A stretch of 64,000 nucleotides of DNA. It comes from an uncultured Clostridia bacterium. GTDB taxonomy: Bacteria > Bacillota > Clostridia > Christensenellales > Pumilibacteraceae. The translations under genes were made by a program, and so were the position numbers. The notes beneath the pieces were generated by a model. The model ran no database searches and was not told the origin of the DNA. It was given only the letters and a program-made list of their open reading frames with translations. The stretch spans positions 44,691-108,690 of the forward strand of contig CALVUQ010000001.1 in the NCBI GenBank assembly GCA_944363615.1, written 5' to 3'. Below, in pieces: positions 45,534 to 55,110 of this stretch. The first letter of the stretch is position 1. Each line of letters opens with the position of its first letter.

Positions 45534-46382
45534 TCAGATTATCCAGGGAATAGCCGACAAATCGATAAGCGCGGGAAAGAAGTTATACCTTAACCAAAGC
45601 ACCGCGAAAAAGAATACGCACATCACGAAAAGCGCGGCGAAATCACGGAAATGAACCTTGAGTTTTTTCATTCTGGTCCTGCCCTTTGCCCCGCGGTAGC
45701 ATCTTGAATCCATGGCGTCGGCAAGGTCGTCGGCGCGGCGGAACGAGGAAACGAAAAGCGGGATAAGCACGGGAATCATCGCCTTTGCGCGCTTAAAGAT
45801 ATTGCCGCTTTCGAAATCCGCGCAACGCGCTTTCTGGGCGGACTGAATTTTGTCCGTTTCCTCCACCAGCGTGGGTATAAGACGAAGGGCGATGCTCATT
45901 ATGATTGCAAGTTCGTGCACGGGAAATTTAATGTAACTCAAGGGTTTTAAAAGGCTTTCAAGCCCGTCGGTAAGTTCCACGGGCGTAGTGGTGAAAGTAA
46001 GCATCGTGGGACCAAGCACCAGAAACACAAGCCTTAACGCCATGCGTCCCGCGTTGAGAAGCCCTTCCTTGTAAATCTTCAGTATGCCCGCGCTCCAGAT
46101 AAGGTCTTCCGCCGTGCCGTTATAAAAAAGCACGGACATGACCACGGTGAAAATGACCAGAATAATAATGACCTTAAGGCTTTTAAGCACTTTTAAAAGC
46201 GGGACGTGTGACAAAGCTATGGTAAGCGCAAGAAAGATAAGCACGATCCCGAAGCCTATGAAAGTCTTGATGAAAAATATCATCACGATATACAAAACCA
46301 TAATGATAAGCTTCATCCTGGGATCCATCCTGTGCAGTACGGATTTTACGGGATAATATTGTCCTAAAGTTATTTCTCTCAT
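45534..46382 (-). CDS. ecfT: energy-coupling factor transporter transmembrane component EcfT
   Basis: Polytopic membrane protein with DPRMKL near the N-terminus and conserved ARG motifs (AQKARCADF, AMDSRCY). Position after ecfA1/ecfA2. Confidence 0.9.
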   Translation of the reverse strand: MREITLGQYYPVKSVLHRMDPRMKLIIMVLYIVMIFFIKTFIGFGIVLIFLALTIALSHVPLLKVLKSLKVIIILVIFTVVMSVLFYNGTAEDLIWSAGILKIYKEGLLNAGRMALRLVFLVLGPTMLTFTTTPVELTDGLESLLKPLSYIKFPVHELAIIMSIALRLIPTLVEETDKIQSAQKARCADFESGNIFKRAKAMIPVLIPLFVSSFRRADDLADAMDSRCYRGAKGRTRMKKLKVHFRDFAALFVMCVFFFAVLWLRYNFFPALIDLSAIPWII

Positions 46383-47239
46383 TGCGCTTTTCTCCCGAAA
46401 TACTCCGCGCGTACGGCCTCTATGAGTTCTTCTTCGTTTATTATCGACGGATCGACGTTGAATCCGCGCTCGTTAAGGCCTGCGGCAAGCGCCGTAACCG
46501 CCGGCACGTCGATTTTTAGCGACTTAAGCAACTCGCGGGAGCGGAAAAGTTCGCGCGGCTCGTACACTCCGTAAAGCTTGCCCTGCGACAGAACGGCGAT
46601 ACGGTTACAGTATTCCGCCACTTCGTCCATGTTGTGCGAAATCATGATTACGCTTTTGCACGTTGCGGCAATGTTTTTCACCAGTTGCATGATCTCGGTT
46701 TTGCCCCTTGGGTCCAGTCCCGCGGTAGGCTCGTCCAACACGAGATATTCGGGCTTCATGGCTATTACGCCCGCAAGCGCGACCCTGCGCATCTGTCCGC
46801 CGCTCAGTTCAAAAGGCGAACGGTCCTTGATGGACGAAAAGTCAAGTCCCACCAGGCCTATGGCCTCTTCCACGCGCTTTGCAATTTCCTCTTCGGGAAG
46901 TTTTATGTTCTCCGGTCCGAACGCGACGTCCTTATACACCGTTTCGGCAAACAGCTGATACTCGGGGTACTGAAAGACCATGCCCACTTTGCTTCTCAGC
47001 TTTTTGAAGTCGATTTTCTTGGGCCTCAGATCCATGTCGTCCACGAAAATAACGCCCGACTGAATTCGCGTCAAAGCGTTGAGATGGCTTATAAGCGTGG
47101 ATTTGCCGCTGCCCGTGTGTCCGATTACGCCCAAAAAGTCCCCTTCGCGTATTTCAAGGCTTATGTCATTTAACGCGGCCGTGGCAAATGAGGTTTTCTG
47201 ATTGTAAACGTAATTAAGATGTTCGATTTTTATCGGCAT
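46379..47239 (-). CDS. ecfA2: energy-coupling factor transporter ATPase EcfA2
   Basis: Walker A GHTGSGKST, signature LSGGQMRRVALAG, Walker B LVLDEPTAGLDP. Confidence 0.9.
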   Translation of the reverse strand: MPIKIEHLNYVYNQKTSFATAALNDISLEIREGDFLGVIGHTGSGKSTLISHLNALTRIQSGVIFVDDMDLRPKKIDFKKLRSKVGMVFQYPEYQLFAETVYKDVAFGPENIKLPEEEIAKRVEEAIGLVGLDFSSIKDRSPFELSGGQMRRVALAGVIAMKPEYLVLDEPTAGLDPRGKTEIMQLVKNIAATCKSVIMISHNMDEVAEYCNRIAVLSQGKLYGVYEPRELFRSRELLKSLKIDVPAVTALAAGLNERGFNVDPSIINEEELIEAVRAEYFGRKAQ

Positions 47240-48057
47240 AGTTCTTCAATCAATTGTCGGTCGGTGATAATGTCGTCGGACAGCGGAACACCCGCTTTTT
47301 TAAGCGCGTGCGCAACGCGTACGGCAAGCGGAACGTTAAGTCCGATGGACTTAAGCTCCTCCTCCCTGAGTAATATTTCCTTACCGCCCTGCATGTATAT
47401 TTTACCGTCGTTCATGACGACAATACGGTCGGCAAGCAGCGTTTCCTCCATAAAATGAGTGATCATTACAACCGCCATCTTTTCGTCGCGGTTAAGCTTT
47501 TCGATTGTCTTAAGCACTTCGGCCCTGCCTTCGGGGTCCAGCATGGAAGTGGACTCGTCCAGCACGATGACGCGGGGTTTGACGGCAAGCACGCCCGCGA
47601 TTGCGACGCGCTGCTTCTGTCCGCCGCTCAGCCTGAAAGGAGTCCCTTCGCGGTACTCGTACATTCCCACGCTTTTAAGCGCCCAATCCACGCGTTTGCG
47701 GATTTCCTCGGAAGGAAGCCCGATGTTTTCCGGGCCGAAAGCTACGTCGTCCTCGATAATGGTTGCGACCATCTGGTTGTCGGGGTTCTGAAAGACCACG
47801 CCCACCGTTTTTCTTACGTCGAAAAGTTCCTTGTAATTCTTTGTATCGTGTCCGTCAACGGTAACGGTGCCGGAGTCGGGCTCCAGAAGTCCGTTCATCA
47901 GTTTTGCGATAGTGGATTTGCCGGAGCCGTTGTGCCCGACGATCGCGACGAATTCTCCCTCCTCCACGGAAAGGCTTACGCCGTTCACGGCGCGCTGCTC
48001 GGACTCGTCGCCGCGGTTATAGGTATAATATACGTCGCGAAATTCAACAATGCTCAT
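47230..48057 (-). CDS. ecfA1: energy-coupling factor transporter ATPase EcfA1
   Basis: Walker A GHNGSGKST, signature LSGGQKQRVAIAG, Walker B IVLDESTSMLDP. I use the ATG at 48057. Confidence 0.9.
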   Translation of the reverse strand: MSIVEFRDVYYTYNRGDESEQRAVNGVSLSVEEGEFVAIVGHNGSGKSTIAKLMNGLLEPDSGTVTVDGHDTKNYKELFDVRKTVGVVFQNPDNQMVATIIEDDVAFGPENIGLPSEEIRKRVDWALKSVGMYEYREGTPFRLSGGQKQRVAIAGVLAVKPRVIVLDESTSMLDPEGRAEVLKTIEKLNRDEKMAVVMITHFMEETLLADRIVVMNDGKIYMQGGKEILLREEELKSIGLNVPLAVRVAHALKKAGVPLSDDIITDRQLIEELCR

Positions 48058-48167
48058 GCCTAATATTATAGCGGTGCGGACGAAATTTCGCAAGTCAATT
48101 AGCGCGCATAAGGGCGGATTTTTAATAATATTTTAAAAATAATATAATATACTCAAGCAAAAAACAA

Positions 48168-48196
48168 TTGCTTAATGAGTAAATATATGTTAAAAT
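48168..48196 (+). promoter_or_regulatory. sigma-A type promoter upstream of the Soj-like gene
   Basis: TTGCTT, 17-nt spacer, TAAAAT, inside a 207-nt AT-rich divergent intergenic region. Confidence 0.5.
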
Positions 48197-48264
48197 GTTA
48201 GAAAGATTCATTCATAAATAAAAAACGCTTTCATTACAGTTAAGCTTTACAGCGGTGAGGTATT

Positions 48265-49080
48265 ATGCATAAAATCATTGCGATAGCCAATCAGAAAGGC
48301 GGCGTGGGTAAAACCACTACCTGCGTCAATCTTGCCAGTTATCTGGCACTTATGGGCAAAAAAGTTCTTGCGGTGGACATCGACCCTCAGGGCAACTGCA
48401 GCAGCGGCTTCGGGGTGGACAAAACCAAAGTAAAATATTCAACATACAGCGTTCTTTCGGGAGAAACGGACGCCAAAAACGCGATTATTCCCACACTGGT
48501 CAAAAATCTGGACATCATGCCTTCCAACATCGACCTTGCGGGCGCGGAGGTGGAACTTGTGGGCGTCGAGGATCGCGAAAAAGTACTGAAAAAAGTGCTT
48601 TCGCCGCTCAGGAACAGTTACGATTACATACTGATAGACTGCCCGCCGTCGCTTGCGTTGCTTACGGTAAACGCGCTGACCGCGGCAAACTCCATACTGA
48701 TCCCCATTCAGGGCGAATATTACGCGCTGGAAGGATTAAGCCAGCTGATGAACACCATTCGTCTTGCAAAGAAGATTCTTAATCCTCAGCTTGAAGTCGA
48801 AGGCGTCGTGCTTACCATGTACGACAGCCGCTCAAGATTAGTGCAGAACGTGACGGAGGAAATTTACAAATTCTTCGGCAAAAAAGTATTCGACGCAAAA
48901 ATTCCCAGGAACATCCGTCTGGGCGAAGCGCCCTCCTACGGCCTTCCCGTCATGTTGTTTGAACCTAAGTGCGTGGGCTCGCTTGCGTACAAGGCTTTGG
49001 CGGAGGAATTCTTAACGCGCAACAACGATACGTTCAAAAAAATCACGGATCTCAAAATACTGAAATACAAGGCTCAGTAA
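48265..49080 (+). CDS. soj: ParA/Soj family chromosome-partitioning-type ATPase (no adjacent ParB)
   Basis: Deviant Walker A NQKGGVGKTTT, then DIDPQGN, IDCPPSLALLTVNAL and IPRNIRLGEAPSYG, colinear with B. subtilis Soj over the full length. Confidence 0.9.
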   Translation: MHKIIAIANQKGGVGKTTTCVNLASYLALMGKKVLAVDIDPQGNCSSGFGVDKTKVKYSTYSVLSGETDAKNAIIPTLVKNLDIMPSNIDLAGAEVELVGVEDREKVLKKVLSPLRNSYDYILIDCPPSLALLTVNALTAANSILIPIQGEYYALEGLSQLMNTIRLAKKILNPQLEVEGVVLTMYDSRSRLVQNVTEEIYKFFGKKVFDAKIPRNIRLGEAPSYGLPVMLFEPKCVGSLAYKALAEEFLTRNNDTFKKITDLKILKYKAQ

Positions 49081-49110
49081 CGGCTGCTTTTTTAATGGCC
49101 GTATTTTTCC

Positions 49111-49968
49111 ATGGAATCTGCGTCATCCGACAATAAAAAAATATTTTTAAAAAAGCCTAAGCTGCTTTACATAGGTTCTTATAAACCGAAAGCGGGCTGG
49201 ATGAATTCCGTTCACTCGCATGATTTTTGCGAAATCATGTTCCTGAAAGAAGGCAGCGGCCGCTTTAAAGCGGAAGAAAAAGAATACCCGGTCACCAAAG
49301 GCGACCTGATCGTGTGCAACCGTGGGGTTAATCACTGCGAATACATCGACGATACGGAGCCGCGTCAGACGGTTTTTCTGGGCGTTTCCCGCATAAAAAT
49401 AAACGGTTATCCCGAGGACTGCCTTTTAAAGGATTCTTTCGTGAAAATCGCGGCCACCGGGGTTTTTTACGACCAGCTGTGCCAGTATTTTGAGCAGCTT
49501 TTACTTGAAAAAGAAGTAAAGTCCCCCTACTTCGGCATAATCAGCGAAAGTCTGTTGCTTATCATCGTTACTTACGTTTTAAGGCTTACGTCCGACGGCG
49601 CGGATAAATATTTCGAAAGCAAGAAGACTTACGTCGAAGTAAAGGAATTTCTGGACAATAACTTTACCACCATCGACACCATAGACAACGTTTGCAGAAG
49701 TCTGTACATAAATAAGTTTTATCTTACGCATTTATTCAAGGATACTTTGGGGATTCCCCCGCTTAAATATCTCATACAAAAGCGCGTATCGCTTGCGAAA
49801 AAACTGCTTGTGACCACCGATAAACCCATTAACGACATCGCCAAAGCCTGCGGTTATCTGGACATCGCTTACTTTTGCAGGGTTTTCAAAAAAGTGGAAA
49901 ACATGACTCCTTTGGACTATCGCAAAAAAATGTCCGTTTCCGCACGATACGACAAGGACGAAAAATAA
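49111..49968 (+). CDS. AraC family transcriptional regulator (N-terminal cupin sensor domain)
   Basis: Cupin-like region (HSHDFCEIMFLKEGSG) plus a C-terminal double HTH (INDIAKACGYLDIAYFCRVFKKVENMTPLDYRKK). Confidence 0.85.
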   Translation: MESASSDNKKIFLKKPKLLYIGSYKPKAGWMNSVHSHDFCEIMFLKEGSGRFKAEEKEYPVTKGDLIVCNRGVNHCEYIDDTEPRQTVFLGVSRIKINGYPEDCLLKDSFVKIAATGVFYDQLCQYFEQLLLEKEVKSPYFGIISESLLLIIVTYVLRLTSDGADKYFESKKTYVEVKEFLDNNFTTIDTIDNVCRSLYINKFYLTHLFKDTLGIPPLKYLIQKRVSLAKKLLVTTDKPINDIAKACGYLDIAYFCRVFKKVENMTPLDYRKKMSVSARYDKDEK

Positions 49969-50181
49969 TCATAAAAAGCATATAACAAGGAAGAACTTTC
50001 TGACGGAATCGGGACGCGGCCGTAAAGTGAGCCGTACTCACAGTTCCCGCTTAAAAAAATGACGACAGCCGTAAAGCTCTTTATCGTAATAAACCGGCTG
50101 TGATCGTATATTAGACAAAAACAGCAACGCGGAATGCGTTTTACCGTCGGCCTTCTATAGGCAAAATAAAGGAGAATTAAA

Positions 50182-53100
50182 GTGAGTAAAACCAAAATAA
50201 TGAGCAAGAAAAAAATCATTATTTTTTCCATACTTTTATGTCTTGCCATAATAGCCACGTTTTATTTCCTGGGTTGTCACAAAAACGATTTTACCGACGA
50301 AATAAACCTTAACGGATTGAACGAACAGCAAAGCACCGTCAAGCAAAAGCCCGGCGACGGCTCTACCCCTTCCGACCACAGTCCCGCCGATAACTTTGCT
50401 TACGCGCTGTACGACCTTATGGAAGCGGGCAGCTTTGTAGGCGAATCCAGCGGTCAGACCGTTTCTTTGGGTGTAGAACAAAACGTAAAAGCGATAAGAT
50501 ACGTAAACGGCGACGAGGTTTTTAAACGCTCGCTTTCCCACTCCGCTTTCAAATCCGTGGGTGTGGAAATGTTTGTCAGCGGCAAAAATTACATACTTCG
50601 CGACGCCACTTCCCTTAAATCGGTGGACGAAGTTACCTGGGGCGCCGATCCGTACAGGGTCAGCGAGGAAACTTTCAATTCCAAGTTCGGCGGCGTGCCC
50701 AACGGAATAACGGCGTACGTGTTGAACGAAAATTCCATTGTCTCCGCGGAGTTTCTGGGCGAAGAAAACGGAATTTACGCATACCGTTACGTACTGGACA
50801 ACGCGCTTGCAACCACCAAAATCCGCCTGGAAATGCGTACCATGGCGGGGACAAAGACCTTACCCAACTTTGAAGAAGTTGCGCTTACCGTTTACATGGA
50901 CGCCAACTGGCGCATACAGAAAACCGAAACCGCCTGCGTGTACAAAGTGGATATGCTGGGCGGCGTAACCTGCAAAGAATCTCTGACAGAAGTTTTTTCC
51001 GCGATTGGCGAAGGAAAGGAAATCCCCGACGCGGATATTTTCCGTCCCTATCTCGACGCGGAAATCACCGAAGACGACGGCGAATTCACGCCCGACGCCA
51101 TGTATTACCTCACCAACGGCTTCAACGAGTATATGACGGGAAAGCCGCTGAACCTTTCGCTTGAGATAAAGGGCGCGATAAATGCCGTGGGGTCGGCAAG
51201 CGTGGACATCGACGCAAACGACCTTGCCAACATCCGCGCGCGCGTTTTTCTCGACGAACTCAGTTTCGGCGATATAACCCTTAAAGACCTTTTCGTGGGC
51301 TATGCCTCGGGCGAAGTATATGCCGCTCTCGGTGATTTTAAATTCAAAACGACGGTTAACGAGCTTATTGCGTTTATCGACAAACTTATGCCTCTCATCT
51401 CGTCCGAGCCCGTTAGCGTAGGCGATATGCTGTCCTTTAATCCCGACTCTTTGCTTACGAACGCAACTCTTAAGCGCGAAAACGGGTCCGCCGTCGTCAC
51501 TCTTCCCCTTGAACTGGGCAAACTCGACGCCGATATCGAAATCGGATTTTCAGACGGAGATACGGTCGCCTTTACCGGTATTTACGCTTGCGTCAACGGC
51601 CTTGAAGTGTCTGTAAATCCCGTTGATGAGGTTACTGTGCCCGAAACGGGCGACGACTACCTCAGTATAGCGCCGCTACTTAAGCTTATCGACGACGATT
51701 ACAACCTGGCCTTTAAAGCGCGTTTGGGCAAATCCGACGTACAATTAAAATTCAATCTTGAAACCATGGCCCTTGACGCCGCTTACGGCGACCTGCTTGT
51801 AAAATTCGAAAACGACGTATTATATCTGAATTACGGCGACCTTAAAGCGAAGGCCGACTTAAACGACTTACCCGCGCTTATAGAAAAATTCAAGCCGCTT
51901 TTCGTAAACCCGGACGGCACGTATAAACCGGAATTCCTTTCGGATATTTCAAGCTCGCTTAGCGACCTTGACGCCAAGGCGCTTATAAAGCAGCTTACAG
52001 ACAATCTTGATGTCGTTAAAACCGACGAAGGGGTCAGAATCTCCACCGCCGTTATGGGCGCAAACGTAGGAATTAACCTTTACGCGGGCGAAAGCGGTTA
52101 TTCCTTGACCTCCGTATCGCTCTCTTACGGGGATTTGTCGATTGAAGCCGAACCCGCCGAATCGGATGAAATTCCCGAAATATCCCAAAACGATCTTGCG
52201 GAATATAAAAATATCCTCTCTCTTGCAGACATTATAGACGAAAATTACCAAATAAATCTTTCTGCCGCTTTGACCGCGGGTGACCTTTCTTTGAACGCGG
52301 ACCTGTGCATTGACTTAACCACTCTTACCATTACCGCTAAAACTCAGCTTTATAATAACGACCTTTACGTCAAATTTTCCGACGGCACCGTGTATGCTTC
52401 CTTCAAGGGCCTTAACGTTTATGCCGACGTGGACGACATTCAGTCCCTTCTCGACCGTCTTGCTCCGCTTATCGGTGAAAGCTTCTCCTTGGACGGACTT
52501 ACTGACCTTAACATCGACATTGCTTCCGTACTCTCCTCGCTTTCCTTTACCGAATCCGGCAGCGGTCTTATCGCTTCTGTGTCGCTTAGCGGAATAAACG
52601 TTTCCGTTGACTTTACCGCTGAAGCAGACAATCTTAAATTGAGTCGGATTTCCGTTTCCTCCAACGATTTCTCTTTGACCGCCGCGCCTTCAGCCAAAGC
52701 GGATTATTCCGTCATTGACAACGCAGATAAATTCTACAACATCCTCTCTCTTGCGGACATTATAGACGAAAATTACCAAATCAATCTTTCTGCATCGTTG
52801 TCGGGAACCGAAATTGCGATTACCTTAAATCTTGACAGCATGCGCCTTAACGCCTCCGTCGCGGGCGCGGCGATAACTTTTGACATCAACAAGAATACGC
52901 TTTACGCCGCTTACGGCGGGGCAAGAGTAAAGCTCAATCTTGCCGACACAAAGCAAATTCTGGAAAAATTCGGGCCCGTCATCGATAAATTCGATAAAGA
53001 TGGCAAAATAAGCGGATTGTTAAACGGTTTATTAGGCGACAGCGCGAAAAGCTTAAACGTAAGCGATATACTTTCCTCCTTAACCGTATCGGAAGGCGAC

Positions 53101-54756
53101 GGAACATTAAGCTTGTCGCTGAATGTTGCAGGCGTCGATATAGTTGCGATTTTCGCAACAGACGGAGGCGGACTCTCGTTCTCATCGGCTACGATTAACG
53201 CGTCGGGTACAAGTATAAGCGCGCACCTTACCCAAAACATAACGCCGGATCTCGACACGTCGCTTTATTACATGGACCTTAAAGAGTTTACACGGGTTTT
53301 CGGAGACGCTTTGAATAAGCTTGTCACTTCCGAAAATCTCGTCTTCCGCATAAGCGGCACCGTCAGCACGGAAAGCGCGGTTTATACGATAACAAACGGA
53401 GAATTGGTTGTAGGCGGCATAGGCTCTGCCTGCAAAATAAACGCCGACTTTACTTTCGTCAAAAAGACCTCTGACGCAAGCGGAAACGTAACTGAAAAGA
53501 CCAATACTTTGCGCTTTGTCTACGACTTAGACGCACAAGAGGGCTACTTTAACTTTAACGGTATAGAAGGCACCTTCTCCACTGTTGACTATAACGAAAC
53601 GCTGGAAATTCTGAAACAGATATACCACAACATTCCCGAACTTCAGGAGCTTATTTCGGGCATAATACCCTTGTCTGAAGACGGTAAATTCAGTATGCCG
53701 GAGTTTGATTTCACTAAAATAATCAGCTCTCTTTCGCTATCAGACAGCGGAGTGCTTAATGTGGACGTAAACGCTAAGTCAGTGATAGATGTCCTGCCCG
53801 AATCGATAAAATTATCGCTTTCGCTCTCCGATGACGGTGCGCTTAACCTTGATCTTGATGAACTTGTATTGGGCGGCACCTCGGTAAAGCTTTCGGTAAA
53901 CGCTGCGCCTTATGCCAATGCGGACGCGGAAGGCAAATTCGATTACACCCCCGGCGAAAACGCAAGCGACTTTTCTTCCGTCAACACCTTGCTTAAAACG
54001 CTTGCGACGACATCCGCATACAGACATTATGAACTTAACGGTAACCTTAACCTTGATTTAATGGGCTTTATCAACGTTAACGATAAAGTCAAACTGAACA
54101 TTAAAATTGACATTGTAGACGGAGTTACTTACGTTGTTGCCACCCTTACGCGCGAATATGTGTTTGCCGCAAACTTGGCCGGTATGTATCCCTGGAGCGA
54201 TTACAGCGGTACATCCACGCTTTACTACGACGGCGAAACCAAAATGATTTATATTGCAACCGATCATATAAAATCCAAAAGTATCTTGGGCGTCAATTAC
54301 AAAAACGGCGAAGAGCAGATTTACGAAAAATATACCGAAGAAGAATTTTCCGCAGACACACTGAATATTCTTCTCGGAATGCTGCGCTTAAGCTCCAAGT
54401 ATCGGGACATGATAGGAAACGCAAACACCAATACTTCCGCCATAAATATCGAAGATATATTTACCAAATATTCCTACAACGGCACCGATATGTTCACGCT
54501 GAATCTTAACCTCGGCACCCTCACCGACAACTCCCTCAACGACCTTACGGTAAACTTACATCACGACTCCGACTACAACCTGAGCTCCTTAGACGTAAGC
54601 ACCTCGGTGGGCGCGCTTGGAATTGACAAGATGCTGGGCATAAACTTCAGCGCAACGCACGTCGCGCCTTATAACCACGATAACGGCGTTAAGGAACAGG
54701 TTAAACTGCAACCCACCCTGACCGACGGAAACGGCAATCCTCTTTACGGCGATTAA
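50182..54756 (+). CDS. 1524-aa membrane-anchored / lipoprotein-like modular repeat protein of unknown function
   Basis: GTG start lies 8 nt after aaaggag. N-terminal basic region plus hydrophobic helix ends in FLGC. About six ~180-aa modules are each opened by a Y-x-x-I-L-S-L-A-D-I-I-D-E-N-Y-like helix. I see no catalytic or known-domain motif. Confidence 0.8.
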   Translation: MSKTKIMSKKKIIIFSILLCLAIIATFYFLGCHKNDFTDEINLNGLNEQQSTVKQKPGDGSTPSDHSPADNFAYALYDLMEAGSFVGESSGQTVSLGVEQNVKAIRYVNGDEVFKRSLSHSAFKSVGVEMFVSGKNYILRDATSLKSVDEVTWGADPYRVSEETFNSKFGGVPNGITAYVLNENSIVSAEFLGEENGIYAYRYVLDNALATTKIRLEMRTMAGTKTLPNFEEVALTVYMDANWRIQKTETACVYKVDMLGGVTCKESLTEVFSAIGEGKEIPDADIFRPYLDAEITEDDGEFTPDAMYYLTNGFNEYMTGKPLNLSLEIKGAINAVGSASVDIDANDLANIRARVFLDELSFGDITLKDLFVGYASGEVYAALGDFKFKTTVNELIAFIDKLMPLISSEPVSVGDMLSFNPDSLLTNATLKRENGSAVVTLPLELGKLDADIEIGFSDGDTVAFTGIYACVNGLEVSVNPVDEVTVPETGDDYLSIAPLLKLIDDDYNLAFKARLGKSDVQLKFNLETMALDAAYGDLLVKFENDVLYLNYGDLKAKADLNDLPALIEKFKPLFVNPDGTYKPEFLSDISSSLSDLDAKALIKQLTDNLDVVKTDEGVRISTAVMGANVGINLYAGESGYSLTSVSLSYGDLSIEAEPAESDEIPEISQNDLAEYKNILSLADIIDENYQINLSAALTAGDLSLNADLCIDLTTLTITAKTQLYNNDLYVKFSDGTVYASFKGLNVYADVDDIQSLLDRLAPLIGESFSLDGLTDLNIDIASVLSSLSFTESGSGLIASVSLSGINVSVDFTAEADNLKLSRISVSSNDFSLTAAPSAKADYSVIDNADKFYNILSLADIIDENYQINLSASLSGTEIAITLNLDSMRLNASVAGAAITFDINKNTLYAAYGGARVKLNLADTKQILEKFGPVIDKFDKDGKISGLLNGLLGDSAKSLNVSDILSSLTVSEGDGTLSLSLNVAGVDIVAIFATDGGGLSFSSATINASGTSISAHLTQNITPDLDTSLYYMDLKEFTRVFGDALNKLVTSENLVFRISGTVSTESAVYTITNGELVVGGIGSACKINADFTFVKKTSDASGNVTEKTNTLRFVYDLDAQEGYFNFNGIEGTFSTVDYNETLEILKQIYHNIPELQELISGIIPLSEDGKFSMPEFDFTKIISSLSLSDSGVLNVDVNAKSVIDVLPESIKLSLSLSDDGALNLDLDELVLGGTSVKLSVNAAPYANADAEGKFDYTPGENASDFSSVNTLLKTLATTSAYRHYELNGNLNLDLMGFINVNDKVKLNIKIDIVDGVTYVVATLTREYVFAANLAGMYPWSDYSGTSTLYYDGETKMIYIATDHIKSKSILGVNYKNGEEQIYEKYTEEEFSADTLNILLGMLRLSSKYRDMIGNANTNTSAINIEDIFTKYSYNGTDMFTLNLNLGTLTDNSLNDLTVNLHHDSDYNLSSLDVSTSVGALGIDKMLGINFSATHVAPYNHDNGVKEQVKLQPTLTDGNGNPLYGD
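52213..52793 (+). repeat. near-identical 53-nt segments 528 nt apart inside the modular gene
   Basis: 52213-52265 and 52741-52793 match at 51 of 53 positions (atcctctctcttgcRgacattatagacgaaaattaccaaatMaatctttctgc). The offset is exactly 176 codons. Confidence 0.85.
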
Positions 54757-54845
54757 CGACGTTCTCTATTTCCTTGAAATCTTGCATTACGCTTTGTCTT
54801 TTATTCCGATAATAAAACCGACGGAATAGTAAATCTCTTTAAGCA

Positions 54846-55052
54846 TTACCGGCACTTGAACATATAAAAAAGCTTCCGCACCAATACGGAGGCTTTTGTT
54901 TTGTCAGAAACGTTATATCCGGCTTCCTTGAAGGGCTGTATCTTTTTCATCAACTTATTATAATTATCTTTAATCATGGGATAAACTATATTCGTGCCTT
55001 TTTTCTCTTCTTCCGCCTCTTCGGGAGTAACCGGTATATATCAGTTTGCCAT
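54846..55052 (-). pseudogene. small ORF interrupted by an in-frame TGA at codon 4 (or a 3-codon leader ORF plus untranslated RNA)
   Basis: Translation reads ATG GCA AAC TGA, then 64 further open codons in the same frame (YIPVTPEEAEEEKKGTNIVYPMIKDNYNKLMKK...KCR*). The ATG is preceded by aggaaag and a consensus promoter. Confidence 0.25.
54865..54903. terminator. bidirectional terminator
   Basis: 8-bp stem agcttccg / cggaggct (one G-U pair) flanked by an A6 run and ttttgtttt. Confidence 0.65.
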
Positions 55053-55081
55053 TTTGCTTTCCTGCTAAAAAAAGCACTACC

Positions 55082-55110
55082 ATTATATAACGCTTTTTAA
55101 ATGCTGTCAA
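55082..55110 (-). promoter_or_regulatory. consensus sigma-A promoter with no intact gene behind it
   Basis: Minus strand reads TTGACA, 17-nt spacer, TATAAT, an exact match to consensus. Confidence 0.6.

Noticed and set aside
54846-54977. 43-aa ORF (MIKDNYNKLMKK...) as an independent small gene.
   Set aside because: It has no SD before its ATG, and its 3' end overlaps the terminator hairpin. It is better explained as the distal part of the interrupted frame that starts at 55052.
55041-55043. In-frame TGA considered as evidence of a recoded genetic code (UGA as a sense codon) or selenocysteine.
   Set aside because: TGA clearly terminates well-conserved genes in the same window, for example ade at 3184-3186 and divIC at 19797-19799. 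I saw no SECIS-like hairpin immediately downstream.
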